Origin: Massalongia carnosa
Lineage: Eukaryota
Direction of reading: 5' to 3'
Assembly (NCBI GenBank): GCA_965645245.1
Contig: OZ287083.1
Location: 186,001 to 250,000, forward strand
DNA length: 64,000 nucleotides
Below are positions 50,701 through 64,000 of the stretch, one piece after another (positions within the stretch are counted from its first letter, which is position 1; every line of letters begins with the position of its first letter). The position numbers were made by a program, and so were the translations under genes. The notes under the pieces were generated by a model. It did not search any database. It was not told where the DNA came from and worked only from the letters and a program-made list of their open reading frames with translations.

Positions 50701-51820
50701 CGGCCTGTAATCTTTCCAAACTCTTCAACTTGTCCCGATCCTCGATGCGTTTCTTCTCCATTATGCGTAGCTTTATCTTCAAATCCTCGACTTCTCTATG
50801 TGTCGCGGAGCTTGCCAGCGGAGCCCGTTGACTCGAGGAAGGCGGTGACCTACCACGGGATGAGGGCTTCTCCAAGCCACGGGAAATGTCGGGTACAGAT
50901 GGTCGCTTTAATATCGAGCTAGTTTTTCTCTTGGGTTGGTCATCCTGGCTCCCGGCAGTTTTGGGGGATAACAAATCAGGTTCCACGCTGTCCGCCGGGG
51001 AGCGTTGACCATTACTTGCACTCACTCGGGCCTCGCCACCGACAGAGCTAAACCTTTTAGTTGCGCCGGGTCGAAGCGATAATCTGTTCGGCGCTCGCGA
51101 TGAGCTTGAGGACACATGGCCAGGAGCTTTAGATGGACCGTTCATCGTACCAACCCCGGATTGATGCAATGGCCTGGCATTGGTAGACAGCGGTGGGGGT
51201 GGGCCCATCGAGAGCCCCCTAACACTGACGCCTGTAGTGGAGTTCTTTCGCGTTGTAGAATCTGTTGTATTGGGGGGGGTGCCAATGCCTGAAGAACTCG
51301 TTGAGCTAAGCTGTTTAGTTGGGGATTTGCTGGGTGACTAAATAAACATTAGCATGGCTTGTGCACCAGCGCTGCTTCATCTCCTCCGACCTACCCCTCG
51401 CCGTGATGTTGGAACAGTCCTCCCTCCCGGAGTTGGACTTCCAGCATTGATGCTTTGCCGTTTCATTGTTCCCGAATCCATGACGCTTTGCCTCCTCAGT
51501 CCAGCCACGGTGATGCTTTGGGGTCTTGACTTCACCGCAGCACCATTTGCTTTGCCATGATCGCGGTCGTTCTGTCTAGGCGTAGGTTGATTGATGGCGG
51601 CAGCAACAGCAGGCCGCACAAACATGCCATATCCGGGCTTACAATCGAAATACCGTTGCCCAAGAACCGCCCCGTCATTCTTTCCCGACGCATCCTCCAG
51701 CTCCACTCCAAGCCAGTCTCCGCCAGCGAAGTGGGTATTACCTATGTATTGGACCTTTGCAATCCGGCCATCTTGAAGCTCGACCGTCTGACCGACATCG
51801 AAATCGGAGAGTTCGCCCAT
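47733..51820 (-). CDS. nudM: Dynactin p150Glued subunit (NudM/RO-3/Nip100)
   Basis: CAP-Gly WLGVELEDASGKNDGAV..YF; coiled coil ALDREMAEE, NERLREALMRLRD, ALGAEEMIEELTEKN; introns 51338-51394 and 49255-49304. Confidence 0.95.
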
Positions 51821-52849
51821 CGCGGAGATTCATGATAGTCTTGCACAACAGAGGATTAACTTCTTGGAAAAGTAGACCAAGATGAATTATGCCGAGTTTG
51901 TTGTGGTGATGGGGGAACTTTCGTACGGGCATGCCAATTATTGCTCTGGAGGAGGCACGGGGTTCCGCGGGGGACGCGATATTTACGGAGTAGGTCCTTA
52001 CCATACGATTACCTACTAGGACCGTCATTTCCATATCAAATTAACGTAACCGTTGATCAGGGTCCTCCTAAGGTAAAGAGTAACTGTCTCCTTTTCAACC
52101 TTGACATATTATCCTCAAGCTCGTGCTCTTCGAGTTTTCACATCCGGTTTCAAAGCGCTAGATTATTACAGTATGAACCAACTTTCGACTCGAACCTTTA
52201 TGACCCGAACCGCTTTGTTATTTCTACTTCGTACCACTCTCTTCTATCCTCCGCTTCCGCTCAGATAGCAAAATATAAAAAGGGGCGAGAAGGCTATGCA
52301 AGAGCCTCACTAAATGGGACCATTCTCGGTTCGAATATATGAAGAGACAAAGTATGTTAGGTAGAGCTACAGGTGAGTGGGTTGGCAACCAAAACCCATA
52401 GGGAGGAAAAGAAGGATGAGGTAGGAACTAGTTTTTAGGGTAGCGAAAATGTTTGCAGAACCGGATGATTTTGGCCTCTTAAATCCAGTCGTGTGTCGTT
52501 ATTACAGGCTTTTCCTGGGTACGATAGGTTGCAACCTGAAGTAAGTGAAGTGAAATGGCCGAAAGTGTATGCTATCCAACAAGCTTGCTTTCTGCGTTTC
52601 CACCTTAACGACATCCAAGTAAATCGTACGCAAACAGTTTGGAAAACCGAGCGTGCCAAGGTCTTTCTTCATCAGCCGTGCGCTGTCACAAGTTCGAATG
52701 CCTGCGCATAGGTGAATTCCTTGAGCCTATTACTTATATGGCCAATAGAGCTTGCTTTCATCTCCCTCACTCCACCAGCCTCTTCCTCCCCGTCGCCATA
52801 CCTCTTCTCTATCTTCGCATGACTTAACCATCTGCTCGTAACGCTGATT

Positions 52850-54075
52850 CTGGTCTTCTTGATTGGAAAGCTTCACCCGCTGAGGCGGTTCAGAGAATAA
52901 GTTCTACTTATAAAGCTTATTGTAGTCGAACATAATATAACCTCGCTCACGGAGTCGGTTATTGGTCAATTTGCCCATAAGCATAGAAAACTGTCTCGCC
53001 ATGATATGTTCATAGCCATGCTTCGGTAAGTCAGACATCTGGGTCTTCTGCAAACGGCGGTCGAAGAAAAGCATTACGCTCTTCCTTTGTAAGCTTAGCA
53101 ATCAGCACATCATCATAGTCGCCTTGCTCAGAGAATGCCTCATATAAGGAGTTCTCTTCGGTTTTGAGCTCCGGATTCATCAGTTGGTAGCGGTCGTCGT
53201 AAGTATTTGCAGAAACCAATCTATGGAGATATTGCAGCCCAAGAGAGAGATAATGCTCCTTGTAATAGTTGTCCGGTGGGTTTTCATCGTCTTCATACAT
53301 TATGTGTCTTTCACCTCACTCCACATCGTGCTGCGCTACGTCGCTGAAAGCTGCGTTTGTCAGTCGTCTGTGTAGTGCTCTCAACCCAATAGAACAGGTT
53401 ACCTATACACAGCTGGCGCAACAGATACCCATATACAGTCGCTAGATGTTCGTTCTCCCATGGCGCGAATTTATCAAAGAAGATTTCGCGCCGTTCCCGA
53501 ACACTATGACGGGCTTCAAGGTTCTTTTTATCATGTCGAAATTGGTTACAGTAGAGCTCGTATCCATAAAGAGCCTGTTCGATACTGATCATCTTGGTCG
53601 GCTTGAGTGGGAACGGAACCTAGTCAGGAACGCCCGTGATTGGGTTATCGCCGAGCGTAGCGGCAAAGCCAGTTGCAAATTATTCGACATTGTCATGGAT
53701 TTGGCTAAGGCCAATAGAATCTGATATAGACCAGATCTCAGGTAATGCTGCTGCACTGTGGTAGTATCTCGATAGAAAATCCCGTACATCGGCACCACGT
53801 TGAGGTGGGAGGCGAGCGAACGCATATGTTGCTAGAGCATCGGGCAAAACGCGCGCATCGAACTCATTCCTCAAGACATCCTGTAGAATGAGAGGCTCAG
53901 CCGCAAGGAAGCCACAATGATGAAAGGAAGCGCTGAGGATGAGATTCTTCAGCGAACGTGCATCGAATACGTACGAAAGAAAAGCCTGTAAAATCTCCAC
54001 CGGAAAACATTCTAAAGAAAGGGGTTTGTGCTCCATGCCTGATGCTGCGTTTTTTTTACGTAAATTGCGGAGCAT
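52850..54075 (-). pseudogene. Pseudogene of an uncharacterised fungal family (F-box-like N-terminus)
   Basis: LECFPVEILQAFL, FAPWENEHLATVYGYL, YKEHYLSLGL and LRERGYIMFD in order, broken by in-frame TAA (53680-53682), TAG (53620-53622), several TGA codons and a frameshift. Confidence 0.75.
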
Positions 54076-57000
54076 GAGAGTAGTAGTTACAACCCATCTC
54101 TCTTAAATCATTTTGTACCTAGAGGGTTCTCTAATTATATCTGAAGTCGTAGCCTCTCCTTGACCAAACGCAAAAGAAAGCCAGAGGAGACAAGGTGGCT
54201 AGCATAATCTCAATACTGTGTGTAGAGTAACCAAGACTGCGAAACAGAGTCTTGGAGGACTCATGATGACACTGTAGACGTGTTGCTATGATCTCCGGCG
54301 AATTTCATAGTGAGCTACTCCGTATATACCGATGTTCTCCAGCCGCCAAGCTAGGCGGCGTCTATATAAGCGGCCATCTCTTTGTTCTCTTCGTCTGCTG
54401 TTCTCTTTAAAATACACCACGACTGCAACGTCGTCAAGTTTACTTTGTATCAGTCTACATGATTAGGAATATTATTGTTCATCTGTACTCGTACAAAGTG
54501 CGAAACCTCTGGCGTGCAGAGTCAGCCTTACAACTTATCCTTACTCAGCGCAGCAAACGATTTTCGCCGTACTCAAAATATCCCGACGCTCGTTTCTTTC
54601 AAACCCGCGGTTTGCTTTCGAGCCGCTGTAGAATCGCTCAGCTCGTAGAAAACCCTTGCGGCTTGAAGAATTTCCCGTAGTGTAGCCCATGAGAGCCAAG
54701 CACATAGTTGAGTATGCCATCAAAATTCGAGGGCTTCAAGGCCGGGAGCAAGAGTAATGGCTAAGGCTATACGCTCTTAACTATTTCAAATCGTAGTCCA
54801 TGCATTGCACACTCTCGTTCTAGCAAGTCTTTCAGAAAATATCTCTCAGTCTCTCACACCATCTGGGTTGATCGGTGTGCTAAGATTGAGGTAGACTTGT
54901 CTCGCTGAGAAATTAAGTGTAGGTATATAAAAACCTTCATTTCAAAAGGGGGGGAGTTCAGCAAAATCAAAATTTCCATGGATTTCCACGGTTTGCCTGA
55001 GTTTTTGGATTTTGACGTTTTTTGTCTGTATTGCAGTCTTTGATAGCGAGTGGTTATTAAATCAAAGTAAATGTAGTGTGAAACAGATATTGGCGATATG
55101 ATTGTTCGTCATCGGAGGGCGTGTGTTCAAAGAAAATTCAGGGGGTCGGGAGTGAGCATGATAGTAAAGAGCCCAGATACATGTTTCTAAATTCCCTACG
55201 CTTCTCTTTGTCCACTAACTCAGCCGCGTGGTAGAGCTTTCTTCCGCGAGGTCTTCTTCGCGCTCTTCGTGCCTCCTCGAAACCTGCCCATACGTCCACT
55301 TCCGCGCCGTACAATCCCCTGGACCACCCGCCGGACGGTTGTGAACCGCACAAGCCGCAGCATCAGTACGAGCAGGAGAAGCAAGCCCATGAACGGCAGC
55401 GAGACGACGAGATACCAGGACACGGAGGAGTTCTCGGCGAATACGTCAACGGTCATCTCCAAAGCAGACGCTTTACTGAATGAAATGCAAGATTCCTCGC
55501 TAAAAGCCTTTCCAAGGCTTCCCTTAAGTGTGATATCAACAGCTTTGGACTCAACCTCTGTTGGCGCATCCAGCGGTGGTTCCTCGGTTTGATACACAAA
55601 ACTTTGGGTTAATTTGACCTTATGCATTGAAACAATCCAAGCTGAAGGATGATTGATGACTGTGAACGATAAAAAAATCTTATGCCTGATGAGAATGATG
55701 GATAGAGAGATATCCATTATTGCTAGAGAACCGTGAGAGAATCACTCCCTCCTAAGGTACGAAAGACTAACTTGAGGGACTAGGACAGAGTATCTATTGA
55801 TATTGGATGAAAGTAGCGGCGAGCTCAAGGACGCTACTGCAATCTCTTGACGCCGCAAACATGAACAAGGTTGAAGGTTGAACGACCTCAAGCCACCTTG
55901 AGATACTTAACATGAAGACAACTGTCTCTGCTCTATAGAATTAAATGCAGCAAAAGCGCCAAAGCCATTGAATCCGCATGTCTCCTGATTGTAAACCCCT
56001 TGATGTTTTCACATCCCAAAAAAAACGTTCTCACAAATGGTTAGTAAAGCCAACTCCAAAAGAGTACCTTGCTTTCGACCGTCTCAAGGCTGTTTCGCGT
56101 CGCCGCGGCACGTAGCAGAGGACATCACAGCCCATAACCAATGCAAGGTTCATCAAGGAAGCAGAGAAGCCCGCTCAACAAGCATTTCCTACAAGAACAC
56201 GCACCCGAGTTACCGGCCACATACGTGCCCGCGATGCTTTTTAGAGAGCCCGGTCAGCCGAGATACCCATATCTCCACAGCAGATTTGCAGGACGCTACG
56301 CTCATGATCCATCGTGGAGCAGGACGGGCCGTGGAATTCCAGTGGAGGCAGTCAACAAGAACATCAAATGAGCACCGCTGCGTCTCTGGATACCCCCCGC
56401 GCTGAGAATGAGCGGAAACGGAACAGGAGCAATTGCGAGAACTGTGGGGAGAATTGCGGTTGGTGCTGCGTGTTGATGTAAAAAGGGGTTGTACAACACC
56501 AAGAAGTAACTAGACTTCCGTATGGCTTAAGGGGCTGTGTTTGTAACCATTTTTCTTTGGAAAGATCGACATTAGAAATTCTGTAGACAAATGATGAGTG
56601 CATGACTAATGGATCAATGGATTGATTGCTTAGACGATGCAGATAAGGATATCATAAAGTAAACCTCAATCTCGTGATCAACATGATTTGTCGAAATGCT
56701 TACTTACGTACGATCCCCTCGGCGTTCCATTTAGCCACGCTCGTCTATCTAGCAATCCGCCGGGACGGTGGAAAGGTCCGGTAAGAGAAGAATTTCTCGC
56801 GTTATGACTACATCGATAATTAGGTCTGAGGAACGGTAGGGAGTCGATCTCTGAATAGAGATATGAAAATGTGTTGGAGCAAAAGACTAGGTAGTAGACC
56901 CTTAAGGTGGTAGACACCCCAGATGGTAAATACTACGATGAATGACAAGGCTACATACATATATCCCATCACCTGGTTGACCTCGTATAGGCTTGGATGG

Positions 57001-57081
57001 AGAATTCCTCTCGTTCTCCCCCCAAAAGAAAATGGTCTATAGTTGCCCGGATCACCACCCTCCAAAACTCGAAGATCGTAA

Positions 57082-59433
57082 CTATGCAGTCAACTCGGCA
57101 ATCCGCCGTTCGATTTCCGGTACAGCCTTGAGTTGCAGCTCCAACTCTTCCTTCTCGCTGCTAATCGTCAATTTCGAACCTAGTCGTAGCTCAAAATACG
57201 CAAGCAAAGGGAGGGCAAACGTACTCTTCAAGCCCCAGTCGACGCTCTGCGTCTAATTTCGTGAAGATATAGTGGCCCTGTCCATCAAACTGCAGAATGT
57301 TATCATGATACTTCCACAAGCTCCTCCGATGCGACACCGTCATCAGCGTGATCCCAAGCGCCTTAGCGGTATCGTACATGGCCTTTTCCACTTCGAGCGT
57401 CACGCTGCTAGTGCACTCGTCCAGGATGGCGTACTTGGGCGCGTGGTAGAAGAGGCGCGCCATGGCGACCCGCTGCTGCAAGCCACCCGATAGCACGTCC
57501 CGCCATTCTTCCTCGGCGTCCCAGCCGCCGTCGCGGTCGACAATGTGCTCGATATCGACGGTGCGCAGGATGCGGAGAAGATCGGCGTCGGTGACGCCCT
57601 TAGAGCGCATTTGTCGAAGGCCGTCGGGGTAGATGATTTGCTGCCGTAAGCTGCCGCCTGAGAGGTAGGGGCGTTGGGGGATATAGAAGATATCCGTGTG
57701 TGGTGGCTTTTTTACGATTCCGCCGTAGACTGATGAGGTCTAGTAAGCTATTGCACAAAGATACATGAAACTGGCTGTTTACCTGGCCATAAACCGCCTA
57801 AAATCCTGAAGAGAGATGACTTTCCACATCCGTTAGGCCCAACAATCAGAAGATGTTCTCCCGGCTTCACAGAGAAATTCAGCTTCCGTACGAGGACATC
57901 GCCATTTGGCGACACCACGGGAACGTTGACAAACTCGATATCCTCACTTTCTATTGATTCACCTCTCCCGCGAAGGACTTCTGCGTTTTCTTCGGTCCCT
58001 GCCGACGATACCAATTTCTTTTCAAAGCGGCCGGCTTGGATATCGTCCATCACGTCTAATAAGGTTGAAACCCTCGATGTATAGCCAGCAAGCTCGGTGA
58101 TCTCTTTGTAACTGAACATAACGCGGCCAACAGCATCTGAAGACGAGAGCAGCATTCTTCGATTAGTGACAAAACCTAGGAGCGTTAGTAACAGGTTTCA
58201 GGAATGGCATCGTTAAGCCTACTTTCTGTACGGTCACCCATGCCACGGAGTGTGTGCCCGGGGATTTTGAAGAAAACAGGTACGCTACACAGCATGAGAC
58301 CTAGAGCACCCCAGAAATATTTAACAACAAAGTCTTCCATAACTCCATGATACAGCCGCCTTCGAAGTATGCGGTTGACATGCTTGATAAGAGTGAAATA
58401 CCCCTTATCCAGCGTATCTTTCTCCGCTTCATGCCCCTGATACAAAGCAATCTCTTCACTATAGTCTATCAATCTCGAATGCTGAAACCGGAATTCTCCC
58501 TCCAGTCGCGCCTCTTCTGCGACGTATTTCCCAAATGGGGGCGTCAGTACACGCATGACATTCGCGGAAAGTTGGACCAGCAAGCTCATCATGAAAAGGC
58601 CCTCGCCCCCGACAGATCGCGATAGGGAATAATTATAAACGATAATATCCAAAATAGGTTTCGCTAGATTCGAGTAAAGTTCAGCAAGACTGTTGGAGAA
58701 TCTAGATACGTCTACAGTAATAAGTTGGTCTGCGTTCTTGATTCGATCATCCAATGCCGAGAGACTGTAAAATGTCATTTTGGAGAGGTATCGCGTGTGA
58801 AGATAAATCGTGAGACGGCTGCGGTATTGCAGAGCAATTTTGCTTTGATGGTAGGATAGCTGAGCAAAGCCATCAGCTGCGAAGCACCTGATAAAGGCTA
58901 AAAAAGCCTACCATGGAGTTGGTAAATGTTGCAGGAACAGCAACAATCATCCACCAAACTATCCCCCGGAGAAACTCCTTACCCTTCCCCCGCACAAGAC
59001 TGCTGACCAGTTTGCCATCCAGCTCCGCGACGTAGAGACTGAGCAGTGTACGAATGACCAGGAAAATGCTGTGACTGATTATCAGTCTCAATTCCTTGCT
59101 CTTCCAACCCGGTATGACGATCCTTAGCAGCCTCAACAGAGCTCTAAAGAACTCGCTGTTGATTTCCACTCGCTTCTTGGCCGTCGCCGCTGCCTCGCCC
59201 GACGCGGTGCTGCCTGGGCGCTGGCGGACCTGGGCTTGATGTATCGAAGCCGCTTTCTGTTCAGAAATGGCATTGCGAAGACGGTTGATCAGTGCAACAA
59301 AGAGTGTGAGGTAAACGGTTCGTGATATCTTGGTGCGATGCTTCAAGTACAGCTCGGTCAAGGTAGAGAGAGCTCTCTTAATAGACTTGTCTGAAGGTGC
59401 GGTTGATAACAGGAGCTTTGACTGCACCGCCAT
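57082..59433 (-). CDS. PXA2: Peroxisomal ABCD half-transporter for long-chain fatty acyl-CoA (Pxa2-like; paralog assignment tentative)
   Basis: [12 protein letters not shown]-like EEIALYQG, Walker [18 protein letters not shown], Walker B AILDE; four introns; stop TAG at 57082-57084. Confidence 0.9.
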
Positions 59434-59986
59434 ACTACCATAGGTCCATCGGCCGTCAGAAATGCTCGTGTATCTGTATGGTACAAGGGTCAGCTATTGT
59501 CCTCTTGCGCTTTCACATAGATCCTAAGTATAATTGACATGCGGAATGACTTCCAGACGCATTCTTCGGGAAACTTTGCCGAGGTCTGGATCATCGGGTT
59601 TATGCTAATCTTCGGCTTTAAGACTTTTCGGATAAAGGTTTTCCCACATGAAATGTCAGCACATCACTTCTCAATTAAATGAAATATTCAATTACTCTTT
59701 TGTCAAGAAGATATAGGTATACACACGTTTAACCACAGTTCATAATTTCAGGTGGAACAATCAGTGATACAGCATCTACAGACAACGGAGAAGAAGACGA
59801 TCTTTTCATAGCACCGTTTTGTCTTTCATTTTAAATCATGATAGAAATCAGAGCAATGCGACATTTTCCAACCCCATGTCTTGGCCTAAGCTAGACGTTT
59901 GCCTTGTTCTCTTTACTTTTGGACGCCTTTGAAAACACAAAGAAATCTAAAACTAGACCACAGATTTGAGCTTTCGTCAAAGTGAT

Positions 59987-62318
59987 TTAAACTTGTAGGT
60001 ATCAGCCAATGTCTTGAAAAGGGCAATTGAACAGAGGGGAACTCACATCTCAAATCCCATCCTATCTGGGGCCCTAACTTGGGTAACTCATCAGCCACGC
60101 TCTGAACATCCTTATCTCCCCTTCCGCTCAAGCAGATCACAATATCTTGGTCCTTTTTCATCTCCTTCGCCAGTTGTAAAGCACCCCAAATAGCATGCGC
60201 CGTTTCCAGAGCTGGAATGATCCCTTCCAGTTGGGAAAGGAGACGGAAACCTTCAAACGCTTCAGCGTCCGTGGCCGCGATGAAATTAGCTCGCTCGTTG
60301 TCCTTCCAGGAACTCAACTCGGGCCCAACTCCGGGGTAATCAAGGCCGGCGGAGATGGAATGGGTTTCCGAGATTTGACCGTGTTTGTTCTGTAGCACGT
60401 ACGTTCTCACCCCGTGCAGAACGCCCTTGCTCCCACCGGTCAAGGTTGCGCTGTGGCGTTCTGTATCTAAGCCATCACCGCCTGCCTCAACGCCCAGCAT
60501 TCTCACGCTGGGATCTTGAGAAAACGGATAGAACATTCCTACCGCGTTACTACCACCACCGACACAAGCCACGACTGCGTCTGGGAGCTTGCCCTTTATC
60601 TTTTGCATCTGTTCCTTTGTTTCGTTGCCGATAATCGATTGGAAAGTACGCACAATGGTAGGAAACGGGTGCGGACCGATGGCGGAGCCAATGATGTAGT
60701 GTGTTTTTGGCAGGTCTACAACCCAGGCACGCATGGCTTCGTTGACAGCATCTCTTAGTGTCATTGCTCCAGCCTCCACAGCTACCACTTTTGCGCCTAG
60801 AAGTTTGATGCGGAAAACATTAAGGGCCTGCCGTCGGACATCTTCTGCGCCCATATAGATGGTGCATTTCATGCCGAATTTCGCGCACACAGTAGCAGCC
60901 GCTACACCATGTTGTCCAGCCCCTGTCTCGGCGATGATCTCCGTTTTACCCAGTCTTCTAGCGAGAAGGATCTGACCTAAGGCATTGTTGATTTTGTGGC
61001 TTCCGGTATGATTTAGATCCTCGCGTTTCAGCCAGATATTGGCTCCACCCGCGTGTTCGGTTAATCGCTCTGCAAGATGAAGTTGGCCAGGGCGGCCCAT
61101 GTATGGGTAGTATGTGCGATACTCCTCCCAAAACTTTGGGTCATCCCGTGCTTTATTGAAACCTTCTTCCAACTCGGCTAAGCAATCCATTAGACTTTCA
61201 GGAACATATTGACCACCAAACTCGCCAAAACGTGACGGAACTGCTACATCTCCCCCATTGATATTCAAGGCTTCGAGCTCATCTACCAAGCCCGGTCCGC
61301 TGCCATTTTGCCCCGGGTGAATTACCTCATCGGTGTGAACACCGTTGCTGTACGACTTCTCCATTGACTTTTCTTCCTCTAAAGTTTTCGTAACCCCATT
61401 TGTGACAGTTGGTGGGCCTACCTTTCTACCAGTGATCTCAGAACAGTACTCTTCAACCTTTTCAGCACCCTGACCAGCAGGCGCGTTTGCCAAAGTGATT
61501 ATGATCTGGCTTCCAATGACCACACCCTCGGCAACCTTACCGACCTCAATGAAATGTTGCCGCGTGCTCACACCAAAACCTACCGCAGTAGGTTTATTAT
61601 TCGAGTAAGAATGAACGCGGTCGAGCAGTTCGGGCAAGCCAGCACTCAGGGTTCCGGTAGCCCCAGTGACGCCCATGCGTGAAACGACATAGATGAACGA
61701 GTCTGCGATCTTGCAGAGAAATTTCATACGTGGTTCAGATGTTGCTGGGGCGATTAGGGGTATATAGGAGAGCCTGCGAGTCATTCAGGATCGATGAAAC
61801 CAACTGTGTTCGAAAGATGTAGCATTTACCCTCCCCTTGTACACAAATCTCTAAACTTAATGGCTTCTTCCGGGGGTAAATCCACCATAATGAAGCCATT
61901 GACCCCGGCTTCTTTGGCATCTTGCAGTATCTTCTCTTCCCCGTAACTCAACAACGGATTGTAATATCCCATGAAAAGTATCGGCACTTTCAGCCCCTGC
62001 CTTCTTGCTTCACGTACTGTCTCTAGCGTGGATGTGACCGTAACGCCATTTTTCAATGCTTGCGTATTTGCCTTCTGGATGGTTGGACCGTCTGCTATAG
62101 GGTCTGTGAAGGGGAGGCCAAGTTCAATGAGGTCTAGAGATGATGAGCTCCATTGATTCACGGGTGCCACCTATCCGCTCACCGGCGCCGCCTGCTTCCA
62201 TGCCTAGCATTATTCGTACTGTCTCTTCCGCAGTTGGATACCCTGCGGTGACATAAGTGACCAGGGCCGAGCGCTTTTCCTTTTTGCATTGCGCAAAGGC
62301 TTGTTTGATTCCCTCCAT
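59987..62318 (-). CDS. TRP5: Tryptophan synthase (fused alpha and beta subunits)
   Basis: Alpha [18 protein letters not shown]; beta [14 protein letters not shown]-lysine [26 protein letters not shown]; introns 62134-62182, 61774-61829 and 59992-60046. Confidence 0.97.
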
Positions 62319-62400
62319 GCTGACGGAAAATCAAGATCAGTTGATTTTGACCTAGAGGGAACGAATACTTTGTCTAGATAGCTTCTGTACATCAAAATCG

Positions 62401-62409
62401 AAGAGTCAT
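62401..62409 (-). promoter_or_regulatory. Gcn4/CpcA (cross-pathway control) site ATGACTCTT
   Basis: TGACTC core about 85 nt upstream of the tryptophan synthase ATG, on the gene's strand. Confidence 0.55.
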
Positions 62410-62459
62410 ATCTTACCGAGGCTTACCGTACGGTAGTTTATTTGCGTCGATTATTCAAG

Positions 62460-63250
62460 ACTAGTTGGTCACTCGTTAGAGCTTCTTTCTTTTCCTACCG
62501 TGGATTACATAATGAAATATTATACGGTTACCTAAAGAGCATCAAAGCTTGCCTCAGACGTGCTGTGGCTCAGCCTTCGCCTTTATTAACCTTTTCCGGT
62601 TAACTCGGCGCTAGCTTACTTAGCCTACAAGTCTAACTTTTTATAGTTAAGCTTTGCTTACTAAGTTCGCTGCTGCCGCCCGAAGCATGTGTAGTAAGCT
62701 AAACAGAGTCTTAACCCAAAACAATTAAGCTATTCACTAAACTAGCTTAGCTTTAGACTAATAATATACTAATCTGGATAGGTTTGGTTGTGGCGAGGGC
62801 AAGGTAGGTCTGAGGTACTGAGGCAAATCAAAGCAGGCATCAAGATTTAATATTCCAAGAGCAACTAATCGATGGACAACTACATTGCTCCGCTATACAG
62901 CTATCTCTCCGAACTTTCGTAGCCTAACGGCTAGAAAGTTAATAACTATAGAGACGGAGTCCTCACTGCTTCTGTCCTGGTGGCACTACATGACCCAAAC
63001 AACTCCTTGACGAGTCTGAAATTGAAGACTGGCGTGATAGTTCGAAGTATCTACAGTATATTTGCCTAGAATATAAACGGCTGAAAACATCTACAGATTC
63101 CATTTCCTTGCTTATGAATTGGAAGCTAGCCAGGCGTATGGGCCTGAATCGCGATGAACTGCAGGAGCAGACCCTGCTCTGGACTGATCTTACTAACCTA
63201 GAATTAACAGCCATTACAGGCCCATTGTGGCTTAAGTTAAGGCACTGAGC
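62460..63250. other. TpA-rich decayed sequence, RIP-like repeat or gene relic
   Basis: Dense CTAG/TTAG/TAA (e.g. actagcttagctttagactaataatatactaa). A + strand stretch of ~80 open codons with no upstream start runs from ~62994 to 63248. Confidence 0.4.
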
Positions 63251-64000
63251 CCTCCTGAAGGACTGCCAGAAGATTCAGCGAATTACACTACTACTACTTT
63301 ATTCCAATTATACAAATCAAATATCAGGCTACCTGCAAACCTCGCCGTCAGAGCATAAACTGTCAGTCTAAAGTACAAATTATTTTTCGTGTTCCCTATA
63401 CTGATATCTCGAATATCGTTGTTGTGCTCCATTAGTACTATATCCAATCTATTCAAAGTCTTTTAACGAAAGGTTTACTGAGAAAACTCTTGATTACGCC
63501 GCTCAAGCCGTAGTGGAAAGTAGTTGTATTCGAGGTCTCATTTTTATAATCTATTTCTACCGGAGCTTCTTTTGCGCCGATTACAGTACTCCCAGATCCA
63601 GGAAACATATCCGCATCTTATCCTCTTTGGATGAATTCGCCGTTCGGCGGTTTGCAATTTTAATCAGTTCGCTCTCCGGCCACTGGATTTTTATCAGAAG
63701 TACGTACCTACGGAGCTTTAAGCCGAATCGATGAAACAAGATTGGATGGTTCTTTTCATTTTACGCTCACCTAAGAAATGACTAGACATAAGTCTAAGAT
63801 ATTCTTAAATTTCTCATAATATTTCAATCTTCACTCCGTCCTCTTTGATTGATGTCAGTTTCTTGCCTCATTGCCAAATGGAGAGCAGTTCTAGGCATGC
63901 ATCAAATTTTGCCATATGTATTATACAACCACAAACACATGTTTAGTTGGTTTCTACCATTGCCAGCAGGTTCATAAACTACGGTCTAGGCAGTCTCCCC

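Noticed and set aside
55138..56603. GC-rich short ORFs between the pseudogene and the ABC transporter
   Set aside because: No consistent frame or recognisable family.
1..64000. tRNA or rRNA genes
   Set aside because: GTTCGA-like strings (e.g. ~52329) lack cloverleaf arms and none was recognised by eye. tRNAscan-SE or Infernal would be decisive.

Overview
Genomic window from a filamentous ascomycete (Pezizomycotina-type), with short GT-AG introns and CTAAC/CTGAC branch sites. Conserved genes: betaine lipid synthase BTA1 (cut by the window edge), PhoD alkaline phosphatase, GH17 glucanase, GT25 glycosyltransferase, VPS39, GON7, HbrB/Bit61, BLOC-1 subunit 1, dynactin p150, a peroxisomal ABCD transporter and tryptophan synthase. 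Four things stand out. (i) A ~1,790-aa gene fuses a pol-beta/CCA-like nucleotidyltransferase-type N-terminus to many ankyrin repeats and has one internal frameshift. (ii) A ~9-kb island (10.9-19.7 kb) holds spliced, cysteine-rich, apparently secreted proteins mostly invisible in the ORF track: two hydrophobin-pattern paralogs with matching exon structure, a five-module knottin-pattern protein and a broken double-CFEM gene, around a truncated piggyBac. (iii) The BTA1 and phoD promoters share paired Pho4/NUC-1-type sites. (iv) Several decayed genes carry transition-type stop codons. All gene models were spliced by eye and family calls rest on motif recall. No searches were run.
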